Positions 32,339 through 40,195 of a stretch of 64,000 bases of DNA are shown here, piece after piece. The notes below the pieces were generated by a model that made no database searches, was not told the origin of the DNA, and saw only the letters and a list, made by a program, of their open reading frames with translations. Origin of the DNA: Dehalococcoidia bacterium (GTDB lineage: Bacteria; Chloroflexota; Dehalococcoidia; Lucifugimonadales; UBA3495); the NCBI GenBank assembly GCA_022825745.1, contig JAJDWF010000085.1, forward strand, positions 1,783-65,782, written 5' to 3'. The position numbers were made by a program, and so were the translations under genes. Numbering within the stretch: the first letter of the stretch is position 1; each line of letters begins with the position of its first letter.

Positions 32339-35300
32339 CTACGGCGAGCCGCAGGTCGCCACCCCTCCCGGCTTGTCCGCCACGCCATCCAGCCAGGCCG
32401 TGAACCCCTCGTCGTCCGGCGCGCACAGCCCCGTATTGGCGATGGCCAGCCGTTCCAGGTCCGCCAGATTGGTGAACCCCGACGGCAACGCCCCGCTCAA
32501 CCCGGTGTTGTCGTGCAGCGACAGCCGAGTCAACCCGCTCAGGTTGCCCAGGCTCGCCGGCAGCGACCCGCTCAACTGGTTCCGCGCCAACCCGATGATG
32601 CTCAGGTTCGACAGGTTGCCCAGCTCCGTCGGTATCGACCCGGTGAGGCTGTTGCGATTGGCGGCGAAGCGGCGGAGGTTACTCAAATTGCCCAGCTCAG
32701 CAGGGATGGATCCGTTCAAATTGTTGCGGTCCAGCGCCAAATCCTGCAAGCTCGTCATGCTTCCCATGCTGGCCGGTATCGACCCGGTGAGGCCGCCATC
32801 GCCGTCCGCGTCAACCTGGCGATGCAGATAGAGCACTTCCAGTTTCTTCAGGTTGCCCAGGCTGGCCGGCAACGGGCCGGTCAGTTGGTTGTTCTGAAGC
32901 TCCAACCGCTCCAGATTGGTCAGGTTGCCCAACCCATCGGGTAGTGGGCCGGTGAACTCGTTTCCGCCCAGCGTAGCTATCCAAAGCTCGGTCAGGTTGC
33001 CCATGCTGGTCGGAAGCGGACCCTTCAGGTCGTTGTCGTATAGGTACAGTTGGCGCAGTTCGGTGAGGTTTCCGAATGACTCGGGTATGGTTCCGTTCAG
33101 GTTTCTTTGGTGGAGGGTCAGTCGTGTCACCCGTCCCAGGTGGTTGGTGGTAACTCCGGCCCACTCGTGCAGCGGCTTGTCGCTGCCCCAGTTATTGCTG
33201 GAGGTCCAGTTAGGGCCGTTGGTAGCGTTGTAGAACTCCATCAGCACCGGGCGGTCGCGGTCGTCCGGGCAGTCGTAGATTTGGACCTTGGTCAGGCCGT
33301 CCAGCCATTCCTGAATTGCCGCATCGTCGGGCGCACAAACCTGGGTATAAACGGTGTACAAGTGAGTCATGCTGGACATACCCGTCATGCTCAAAGGCAA
33401 AGGACCGCTCAAGCCGCGGTTCTCACGGATCATGAGCACCTGGAGTTCGGACAGGTCGCTGATTTCCGCAGGCAGGGAGCCTTGCAGGTTATTGTTCGGC
33501 AGCTCCAGGGCAATCACCCGCCCGTCGTCATCGGTAGTGACGCCGCCCCACTTGCCCAGCGGCTCCGCGCTCAGCCAGTTGTGGTTGTAAGTCCAGTTGG
33601 CTCCGCCGGTGGCATTGTAGAGGGCAGTCAGCGCGTCCCGATCCGGGTTGTACCCCGCCTCCAGCTTGGCCCGGTTGCTGCGTTGGGTCTCAACGCCGTC
33701 AAGCAGCGTTGCCACCTGGTATGTATAGGTCTGGCCTGTCGTCAAACCCTTGTCGGTATATGAGGTCGAACTGCCGTCGTAGCCGGTCATCTTCTCACCG
33801 TCGCGGTAAAGGGCGTAGGTGATCGGGGCTTCCGGCCGGTGCGGAATGGTCAGCGCGTTCCAGCTCAGTTCTATCTGAGTGCCGGAGGCTGTCGCCGTCA
33901 GGCGAGACTGGTAGCCGAACTCTTGCCAGGTGGCGGTGTTGTCGCCGTTGAAGTCTGCTCGCAGCGCGGGGTACTGCTGGTTAGTGCCAAAATCCCAGGG
34001 GTTGTCGGGGGTGGAGTCGCCGTCCAGGTCCACGTTCCAGGCGGAATAGATGCCGGTGTAGCCCCGGGGCGTCTGAAGCTCGCCGGTGGTCTTGGCGGTA
34101 GCGCCGTCGGTATGCCCGGAGGTGTCGCTGTCATGGTAGCTGTCGGTTATAGTCCCATCCACATTCACGCCCACCAATCCGCCGCCGCCACCTTGACCTC
34201 TCGTCGCGCCAGTGGCGTAACTGGTGCCTATAGTTCCTTCGTTGATGCCCACCAGACCACCGGTCGCGCCCTGGCCTGTAGCGTAGCTGGCGATGATGGT
34301 CCCTTGGTTCCGGCCCACCAATCCGCCGGACAACCCCGAGGCCGTAACCGTTCCGGTGGCGTAGCTGGCGCTTATTGTCGCGCCGTTGTTGCGGCCGACC
34401 AGGCCGCCACTGCTGGACTGGCCGTTGACCGCTCCGGTAGCATAACTTCCGATTATGGAACTGCCGGGTTCAGTGTAGCCGACCAGGCCGCCGGTATCTT
34501 CTTTGCCGCTGACCGCTCCGGTAGCGTAGCTGTCGAAAATCCTGCCGGAATGCTCATTTTCGCCGGTTAAGCCACCGGCATGCCTTTGGCCATTGACCGT
34601 AACTTCGGCATAACTGCCGCTTATTATGTGCCAGTTCTCACCGGTCAAACCACCGGTGTCGTAGGTGCCAGCAACCTTGCCGGTAACGTAACAGTTGCTG
34701 ATTGTGCCGTTGCTCCAACCCGCCAGGCCGCCTACGTATTTCCCGCCTTTTACATCCACTTGAGCCAGCCCCAGGTTCCTGATTTCACCACCAATCCCCA
34801 CCTCAGCAAAGAGCCCCTGATGGGGGAAGCTGAAGAAGAAACCCGGCCACACTTCGATTTCACTGCGGTCGATGAACAAGTTGGCGATGGTGCGACGGTT
34901 GCCTTCAAAGGTGCCGGTGAAAGAGTCGGCTTGAACACCAATCCGGTGCCAGCCCTGGCCCTCGTTCCAGTAGGTAGCGTCGGCAGCGGTAATCTCCCCG
35001 TCGCGGTTCTCGTCAAAGTCCAGGTTGGCCGTCAGCTCGTAGCCGGTGCAGGTAGTTCCGGCGGGGCAAACCGCGCCATCCTCTGCCACCGGAAACGCGA
35101 CGGCGTAGTCCGCCTCATTCCCGGCGGCCGGCGTCCCGTCGCCGTCCAGGTCCCAACGGACGGCGTTGAGCTTGGCCAGGCTGTCAATTTCAATCAGGCC
35201 GTCGCCGTCGGCGTCGTGGTTGTTGGGCGCGCTTTCGGGTGTTGCCGCCGCCCGGTTGCTGCGCCGGGCTTCAACGCTGTTGAGCAGCGTCGCCACGTGA

Positions 35301-37003
35301 TAGGTGTAGGTTTGTCCAACCGTCAGCCCCGTGTCGGTATAGGAGGTCGAACTGCCGTCGTAGCCAGCCACCTTCTCCCCGTTCCGGTAGAGGGCATAGG
35401 CAATGCTCGGCGGACTTGTCCAGTGAGATGCGTCCGCCGGGTTCCAGCGCAGAAACACGCGCGGGCCGGCGACCCGCGCCGTCACGATGGGCCGCTCCCG
35501 CACCTGGTAGCCCAACTCCTGCCAGGTGGCGGTGCCGTCGCCGTTGAAGTCGGCTTTCAGTACAGGGTACTGGTCTGCCGTCCCGAAGTGCCACGGATCG
35601 TCGCCGCCGGTGCTATCGTCGCCGTCCCCATCGGCGTTGTCCAGGTCCAGGTTCCATCCGGCATATATGCCGGTGTAGCCGGTGGGAGCGGTCAATTCGG
35701 CAGTGCTTTTGCCTCCCGCGCGGACACGGCCGAAGACGTCGCTGTCATAGTAATATCCGCTGATCGTTCTCCCACTGTTATTGCCCACAACGCCGCCGAC
35801 GTGACTGTTGCCGCTGACCGTGCCCACAGCGTAGCTGCCCGCGATCGTTCCTTCGATCGTATCTCCCAACGCAGTATAAAACTCGTTATCACCCACGAGA
35901 CCGCCGACATCGCTATTGCCGCTGACCGTGCTCATGGCGTAGCTGGACCTTATCGTTCCGTCGTTGGCGCCCACCAGGCCGCCCACATCTTCATCGCCGC
36001 TCACCGAGCCGGTAGCGTAGCTGCGGATTATCACGCCCTTGCGTTCACCGCCGAATTCTGACGCGTTGAAGCCTACCAGTCCGCCGACGTCATATTGGCC
36101 AACAACTTTGCCGGTGGAGTAGCTGTCGGTTATGGTGCCGGAAATTTCGTTCTCGCCCACCAGGCCGCCGACGTGAAGTCCTCCGGTGACATCAACCGCC
36201 GCCCAGCAACGGGTTGCCGAACCGAAAGTCTCACCAATCAGTCCGCCGGTATCATAAGTGCCAACAACTTTGCCGGTGGCCCAGGCGGCGGTAATGCTGG
36301 TTTCCACTTGGCTCCAACCGGCCAGTCCACCGGCGTACCTGTCTGCCGTAACGTCCACGCCCGGCAGCCCCAGGTTCCTCACCTCCGCGCCGTTGCCCAA
36401 CACGCTGAACAGCCCCTGGGTATTTTTGGTTGAGCGGTCAGCAAACAGGTTGGCGATGGTGTGGCCGTTGCCATCGAAGGTAACGTGAAATAGACGGGCG
36501 TCGCGTGGGGAAGTACTCCCATCGTTGAGGGCGGTGACGCCTTGCCTGCCGATAGGAAGCCAGCCGGCGCCGTTGTTCCAGTACGCGCTGTCGGCAGCGG
36601 TAATCTCCCCGTCGCGGTTCTCGTCAAAGTCCAGGTTGGCCGTCAGTTCGTAGCCGGCGCATTCGGTTTCGGCGGGGCATACCGAGCCATCCTCGGCTAC
36701 CGGGAACGCGGCGGAGTAGTCGGCGTCGTTGCTGGCGTTGTCTGCCGCGCCGTTGTCGTCCAGGTCCCAGCGGACGGCGTTGAGCTGGGCCAGGCTGTCG
36801 ATTTCGATCAGGCCGTCGCCATCAGTATCATAGTGGGCGGGCGGAGTTTGCGCTTCGGCGGGTGGCGCGGCGACGAACAGGCTCAGCAACACCAGCACCA
36901 GCACGGCGGCCAGGGGCAGCAGGGGCCATCTTATGATGCCGCTCCCTCCGAGTTGCAGGGTGCGAAAACGCGCTATGCGGCGTCCTTTGTTGCTATTCAA
37001 CAT
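32339..37003 (-). CDS. Giant secreted/surface protein: two GLUG-repeat modules with FN3-like domains plus two plant-type LRR modules
   Basis: ATG at 37003 (GAGGGAGGGG RBS), signal/anchor helix, DxDGDGxIE Ca-binding-like motifs, 7+8 GLUG repeats (V/TGGLVG), two FN3-like domains and about 14 24-residue LRRs. Confidence 0.85.
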   Translation of the reverse strand: MLNSNKGRRIARFRTLQLGGSGIIRWPLLPLAAVLVLVLLSLFVAAPPAEAQTPPAHYDTDGDGLIEIDSLAQLNAVRWDLDDNGAADNASNDADYSAAFPVAEDGSVCPAETECAGYELTANLDFDENRDGEITAADSAYWNNGAGWLPIGRQGVTALNDGSTSPRDARLFHVTFDGNGHTIANLFADRSTKNTQGLFSVLGNGAEVRNLGLPGVDVTADRYAGGLAGWSQVETSITAAWATGKVVGTYDTGGLIGETFGSATRCWAAVDVTGGLHVGGLVGENEISGTITDSYSTGKVVGQYDVGGLVGFNASEFGGERKGVIIRSYATGSVSGDEDVGGLVGANDGTIRSSYAMSTVSGNSDVGGLVGDNEFYTALGDTIEGTIAGSYAVGTVSGNSHVGGVVGNNSGRTISGYYYDSDVFGRVRAGGKSTAELTAPTGYTGIYAGWNLDLDNADGDGDDSTGGDDPWHFGTADQYPVLKADFNGDGTATWQELGYQVRERPIVTARVAGPRVFLRWNPADASHWTSPPSIAYALYRNGEKVAGYDGSSTSYTDTGLTVGQTYTYHVATLLNSVEARRSNRAAATPESAPNNHDADGDGLIEIDSLAKLNAVRWDLDGDGTPAAGNEADYAVAFPVAEDGAVCPAGTTCTGYELTANLDFDENRDGEITAADATYWNEGQGWHRIGVQADSFTGTFEGNRRTIANLFIDRSEIEVWPGFFFSFPHQGLFAEVGIGGEIRNLGLAQVDVKGGKYVGGLAGWSNGTISNCYVTGKVAGTYDTGGLTGENWHIISGSYAEVTVNGQRHAGGLTGENEHSGRIFDSYATGAVSGKEDTGGLVGYTEPGSSIIGSYATGAVNGQSSSGGLVGRNNGATISASYATGTVTASGLSGGLVGRNQGTIIASYATGQGATGGLVGINEGTIGTSYATGATRGQGGGGGLVGVNVDGTITDSYHDSDTSGHTDGATAKTTGELQTPRGYTGIYSAWNVDLDGDSTPDNPWDFGTNQQYPALRADFNGDNTATWQEFGYQSRLTATASGTQIELSWNALTIPHRPEAPITYALYRDGEKMTGYDGSSTSYTDKGLTTGQTYTYQVATLLDGVETQRSNRAKLEAGYNPDRDALTALYNATGGANWTYNHNWLSAEPLGKWGGVTTDDDGRVIALELPNNNLQGSLPAEISDLSELQVLMIRENRGLSGPLPLSMTGMSSMTHLYTVYTQVCAPDDAAIQEWLDGLTKVQIYDCPDDRDRPVLMEFYNATNGPNWTSSNNWGSDKPLHEWAGVTTNHLGRVTRLTLHQRNLNGTIPESFGNLTELRQLYLYDNDLKGPLPTSMGNLTELWIATLGGNEFTGPLPDGLGNLTNLERLELQNNQLTGPLPASLGNLKKLEVLYLHRQVDADGDGGLTGSIPASMGSMTSLQDLALDRNNLNGSIPAELGNLSNLRRFAANRNSLTGSIPTELGNLSNLSIIGLARNQLSGSLPASLGNLSGLTRLSLHDNTGLSGALPSGFTNLADLERLAIANTGLCAPDDEGFTAWLDGVADKPGGVATCGSP

Positions 37004-37245
37004 TGTCTGCCCCTCCCTCAGACACAATCCAGTCCACCCAACGGCGGATGTGCACGCCGAAAATGTCAAGTACGGTGACCGCCGCCAATTTTACCACCCA
37101 AAACCCCCAAATCCAGCATATATCGACATTAATTCCCAAAAACCCCGGTGCCCTTCCGGTGTCCGAACAGGGCGGGAGCCAAGCAAAGAAAAAGGGCGGT
37201 CAGGAAAACCCTGAACGCCCCGGCGCTACCTGGTCGGCGAAGTCG

Positions 37246-38019
37246 TCACGGATTCTGCTGGCGCAGCCGCGCCTCCAACTCGCGGACACGGGCCTCGGCG
37301 GCAGCGCGGGCCTCCCGCTCCCGGTCGGCGCGGGCCTCGGCGGCAGCGCGGACCTCCCGTTCCCGGTCGGCGCGGGCGCGTTGGTCTTCGTAGGTGAGGA
37401 TTGGCCGGTCGGTCGCCGGATCGTAAAACACCAACTCACCTTCCTCCCAGCGCAGGTACAGGTCCAGCATCGCGCTGTACCCCTGCAAACTGCCGTCGGG
37501 CAACTCCGCTATCTCAATGGCAACGTACTCCCCGTTCTCCAGCCGGTCCCCGGCCAGCCGCGCGCCGTGATGCTCACCGGTCTCGTCAAACCGCCAGTAC
37601 TCCGGTATCCCGATGGCGGCGTAGTCCCCACGCTTCGGGCCTGTGTCCTCCCGGCCGCTGCTCCGCGACGCGATTTCCAGCACGAAGTCCGGCGGCTTAC
37701 CCTGCTCGGCGATGATGTACCCGTTGCTGGCTGCATACGCCGCCGGGTCCACGTCGAAGGCCACCAGCAGGTCCGGGTACCGCCCGCCGGCCAGGTAACG
37801 GGTCGGCTGGGCCACCGTGTAACGGTCTCCGGCCACCAGGATGCGGTCCCGCTCGTCAGGCCGCCGGTCCATCAGGTGCTGCTTCAGGTAATGAGCGTTG
37901 CCGTTGATGGTCAGACGGTCGAAGCTGGTCATCTTGTCGTCCGGGTTTTCGGGCGGGTCCGGCAGTCGGAAACGGCCCGGAACCGGAGGCGTCTTGAGGT
38001 GGGTGTCAGGCGTGGTCAT
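37246..38019 (-). CDS. Uma2-family (DUF820) endonuclease with C-terminal coiled-coil repeat
   Basis: Uma2 core (PDLLVAFD...PDFVLEI.S.S....D...K...YA..GI.EYW..D), then the duplicated ARADRERE(V/A)RAAAE. Confidence 0.85.
   Translation of the reverse strand: MTTPDTHLKTPPVPGRFRLPDPPENPDDKMTSFDRLTINGNAHYLKQHLMDRRPDERDRILVAGDRYTVAQPTRYLAGGRYPDLLVAFDVDPAAYAASNGYIIAEQGKPPDFVLEIASRSSGREDTGPKRGDYAAIGIPEYWRFDETGEHHGARLAGDRLENGEYVAIEIAELPDGSLQGYSAMLDLYLRWEEGELVFYDPATDRPILTYEDQRARADREREVRAAAEARADREREARAAAEARVRELEARLRQQNP
37291..37374. repeat. 2 x 42-bp tandem repeat inside the Uma2 gene 3' end
   Basis: GGCCTCGGCGGCAGCGCGG(G/A)CCTCCCG(C/T)TCCCGGTCGGCGCG occurs twice, with 2 mismatches. Confidence 0.7.
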
Positions 38020-38396
38020 GTCGCATCTCGTCCGGCGGTCGGCGCCAGGCGGCGCGCTGCCGCGCTGTGGCTCCCGGAAAGGCGCTGTTCTACGAACTGC
38101 ATTCTACACCACGTTGCGATATTTTCCCAAAATCCCGGTGACGCTTCCCCCATTGCCCCACCCGTCACCCGTCCGTACCATTTAACTCAACCATCCAATC
38201 GCCCAACTCCCGCTCATGGTGAGCCTGTCGAACCACCGCCCCCAAACCCTCTCATCTGCCCGCCAAAACCGCCATTATCACCACCAAAACCCACCCATTC
38301 CGCCCCCATCATCCGCTCAAACCCCTACTCAAACGAACGGAAATGAGAGGAAATGAGCGGCATTTCGCCAAAATCGCCACCATCACACCTGCCACT

Positions 38397-38460
38397 GTCA
38401 TTCCTGCACCCACACCGACATTCCCGCACCCACATCGTCATTCCCGCGAAAGCGGGAATC
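38397..38460. repeat. REP-like element: three tandem ~20-nt units ending in hairpin ATTCCCGC-GAAA-GCGGGAAT
   Basis: GTCATTCCTGCACCCACACC / GACATTCCCGCACCCACATC / GTCATTCCCGCGAAAGCGGGAATC. A related inverted copy lies at 57965-57990. Confidence 0.6.
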
Positions 38461-38480
38461 CAGATCTCAGAGGTAATCCC

Positions 38481-38804
38481 ATGACCCTTTCCCAAATCCG
38501 TCGCCGCGTCAACGCCCTCAAGCGCAAGTTCGTCCTCGAACTCGCCATCCTCAGGCTGCGCCGCATCGCCGAAGCCGTCGCCGACGACTGGGACCTCGAC
38601 GAGCCACCCGAGCCCCACGACGTCATCCAGCGCGTCGCCAAAGCCGGCTTCCGCCTGTCCACCTTCATGCGACTGCGCTGGTACCTCAACGACGCCATAC
38701 GCCAGGGCGACGTCCCCGAGCCGCGCCGGATCGTCACCAGCCTGCTGCCCTGGGCCAGCAAGGACTGCTACCGCGGATTCTTCCGCAGCGAACTCCCCGC
38801 CTGA
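38481..38804 (+). CDS. Hypothetical protein (107 aa)
   Basis: ATG at 38481, just after the REP hairpin. The upstream 46 codons of the track ORF are a translation of the repeat. No family recognised. Confidence 0.5.
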   Translation: MTLSQIRRRVNALKRKFVLELAILRLRRIAEAVADDWDLDEPPEPHDVIQRVAKAGFRLSTFMRLRWYLNDAIRQGDVPEPRRIVTSLLPWASKDCYRGFFRSELPA

Positions 38805-38827
38805 TGTCCCAACCCGTAACGGTCGCG

Positions 38828-40195
38828 TCAGTTGCGTTGCAGGTCGGATAGGTCGTCCGTCAGGGTCCGCATTGTCTCCGGGTCGGGATCGCTGGGCTGT
38901 GGCCCGTAGTGGTAGCGCTCAAACTCCCCCACGATGCGCTCCACGGGCGGGTCCGGCAGGGCCTGGTTCGCTTCTTGCCGGTGTTCCTGCGGAGTCTGCC
39001 AGGTGTGGCGCGTGAACCCCACCGCCCGGGCGATGTCCAGCATCCGGTAGTACACCTCGCGCGGGTTGGTGGGCGGCGGCCGGCGCCGGCTCAGGTTGGA
39101 GGCCCAGTTGAACCAGCCGGCCAGGGCGTCGGCCACGTCCTGACCCGCGGCCTGCAACGTGAACGTCGATTCCCGGGTCTCCGCGTCGGCGTAGTCGTTG
39201 CCCATGAGACGCCGACGACGGAACATCCGGAACAGCACCCAGCCGGCCAGCGATACCGCCGCCAGGAAGGCGAGCCACTTGATGACCGTGAGTATCACGT
39301 TGGGAGGGCCCTCGCCCTCAACCTCGCGCAGGCTCTCGTGGAACTCCTCGATTTGCAGCCGGGCCAGCTCCAGGCCGCTGAGATCGCCGCCGCCGAAGAA
39401 ACTGGAAATCCAGTTGCCGATGGCCACCAGCCCGGCGGCAAGCAGCCCCAGCAGCAGGAGGATCGGTCGCAGGGTCCACAACCCGATGAAGCCGATGCCC
39501 CGAACGATAGCCCGGGCAACGTCATCCAGGCCGCCCACGCCAATGGCTCCCAGGATCAGTGCCAACAGCAGCACCGCGCCCACGCTGGCGACAATGGCCA
39601 TCAGCCACCTGCGGCTGATCTGGCCAACGCCGCTGTCGATGGCGAAACGACTCAGCGCCAGGCCGCCCAGTCCGATGGCGAAGTAGATGACCAGGATCGG
39701 CAGCCGGATAATGTGCGCCGGCATCAACGGGTCTGCCGCCGCCGCGACCAGCACGATGATGACGCCGCGTACGAAGGCGTTTCTGATCACGTCGAGCGTA
39801 ACGTCGTCGCGGGCAATCGTGGTGCCCCGCCACCAGAGCAGCAGCAGCACACCGGAGGCCAGGCTGAGCGCCGCGATGGCGTTCAAGTCTCCGGAGAACA
39901 CGAGCCCGATGGGAAACCACCCCGCCCCCATGCTGACCCCGGCAAGTACCAGCACCGACAACGCGCTGACAAACAGCCCGATGACGCCGCGCAGGTTCAG
40001 CGAGAAGCGGATGTTCTGCACGTACCAGGACAGGACGAATGACCAGGTGATGGCCACCATCGCAATGCCCAACGGCACGCCTGCCTCGGGGAGGCGGATA
40101 ACGTTCGAGAGCAGCTTGCCGATCAGATAGATGGCAAAGCCTTCCAGGAACAGCGTAACGCCGGTGACCAGCGCGGAGCGGGCGAAGGTGGTCAT
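38828..40195 (-). CDS. Polytopic membrane protein with C-terminal DUF4129 domain (TgpA-like, lacking a transglutaminase core)
   Basis: About 9 TM helices, then a DUF4129-like tail (REVYYRMLDIARAVGF.R...QTP.E). The ATG at 40195 overlaps the DUF58 stop (ATGA). Confidence 0.7.
   Translation of the reverse strand: MTTFARSALVTGVTLFLEGFAIYLIGKLLSNVIRLPEAGVPLGIAMVAITWSFVLSWYVQNIRFSLNLRGVIGLFVSALSVLVLAGVSMGAGWFPIGLVFSGDLNAIAALSLASGVLLLLWWRGTTIARDDVTLDVIRNAFVRGVIIVLVAAAADPLMPAHIIRLPILVIYFAIGLGGLALSRFAIDSGVGQISRRWLMAIVASVGAVLLLALILGAIGVGGLDDVARAIVRGIGFIGLWTLRPILLLLGLLAAGLVAIGNWISSFFGGGDLSGLELARLQIEEFHESLREVEGEGPPNVILTVIKWLAFLAAVSLAGWVLFRMFRRRRLMGNDYADAETRESTFTLQAAGQDVADALAGWFNWASNLSRRRPPPTNPREVYYRMLDIARAVGFTRHTWQTPQEHRQEANQALPDPPVERIVGEFERYHYGPQPSDPDPETMRTLTDDLSDLQRN

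Noticed and set aside
38343-38480. N-terminal 46 codons of the track ORF 38343-38804.
   Set aside because: They translate the tandem REP-like repeats (VIPAPTPTFPHPHRHSRESGNP). The ATG at 38481 after the hairpin is the more plausible start, and even that ORF is only a moderate-confidence gene.
32193-38820. Genomic island integrated at tRNA-Phe (giant adhesin, Uma2 nuclease, repeat-rich spacer).
   Set aside because: There is no integrase, recombinase or transposase. I could not find a direct repeat of the tRNA 3' end. The base composition looks like the rest of the window. It remains possible but is unsupported.
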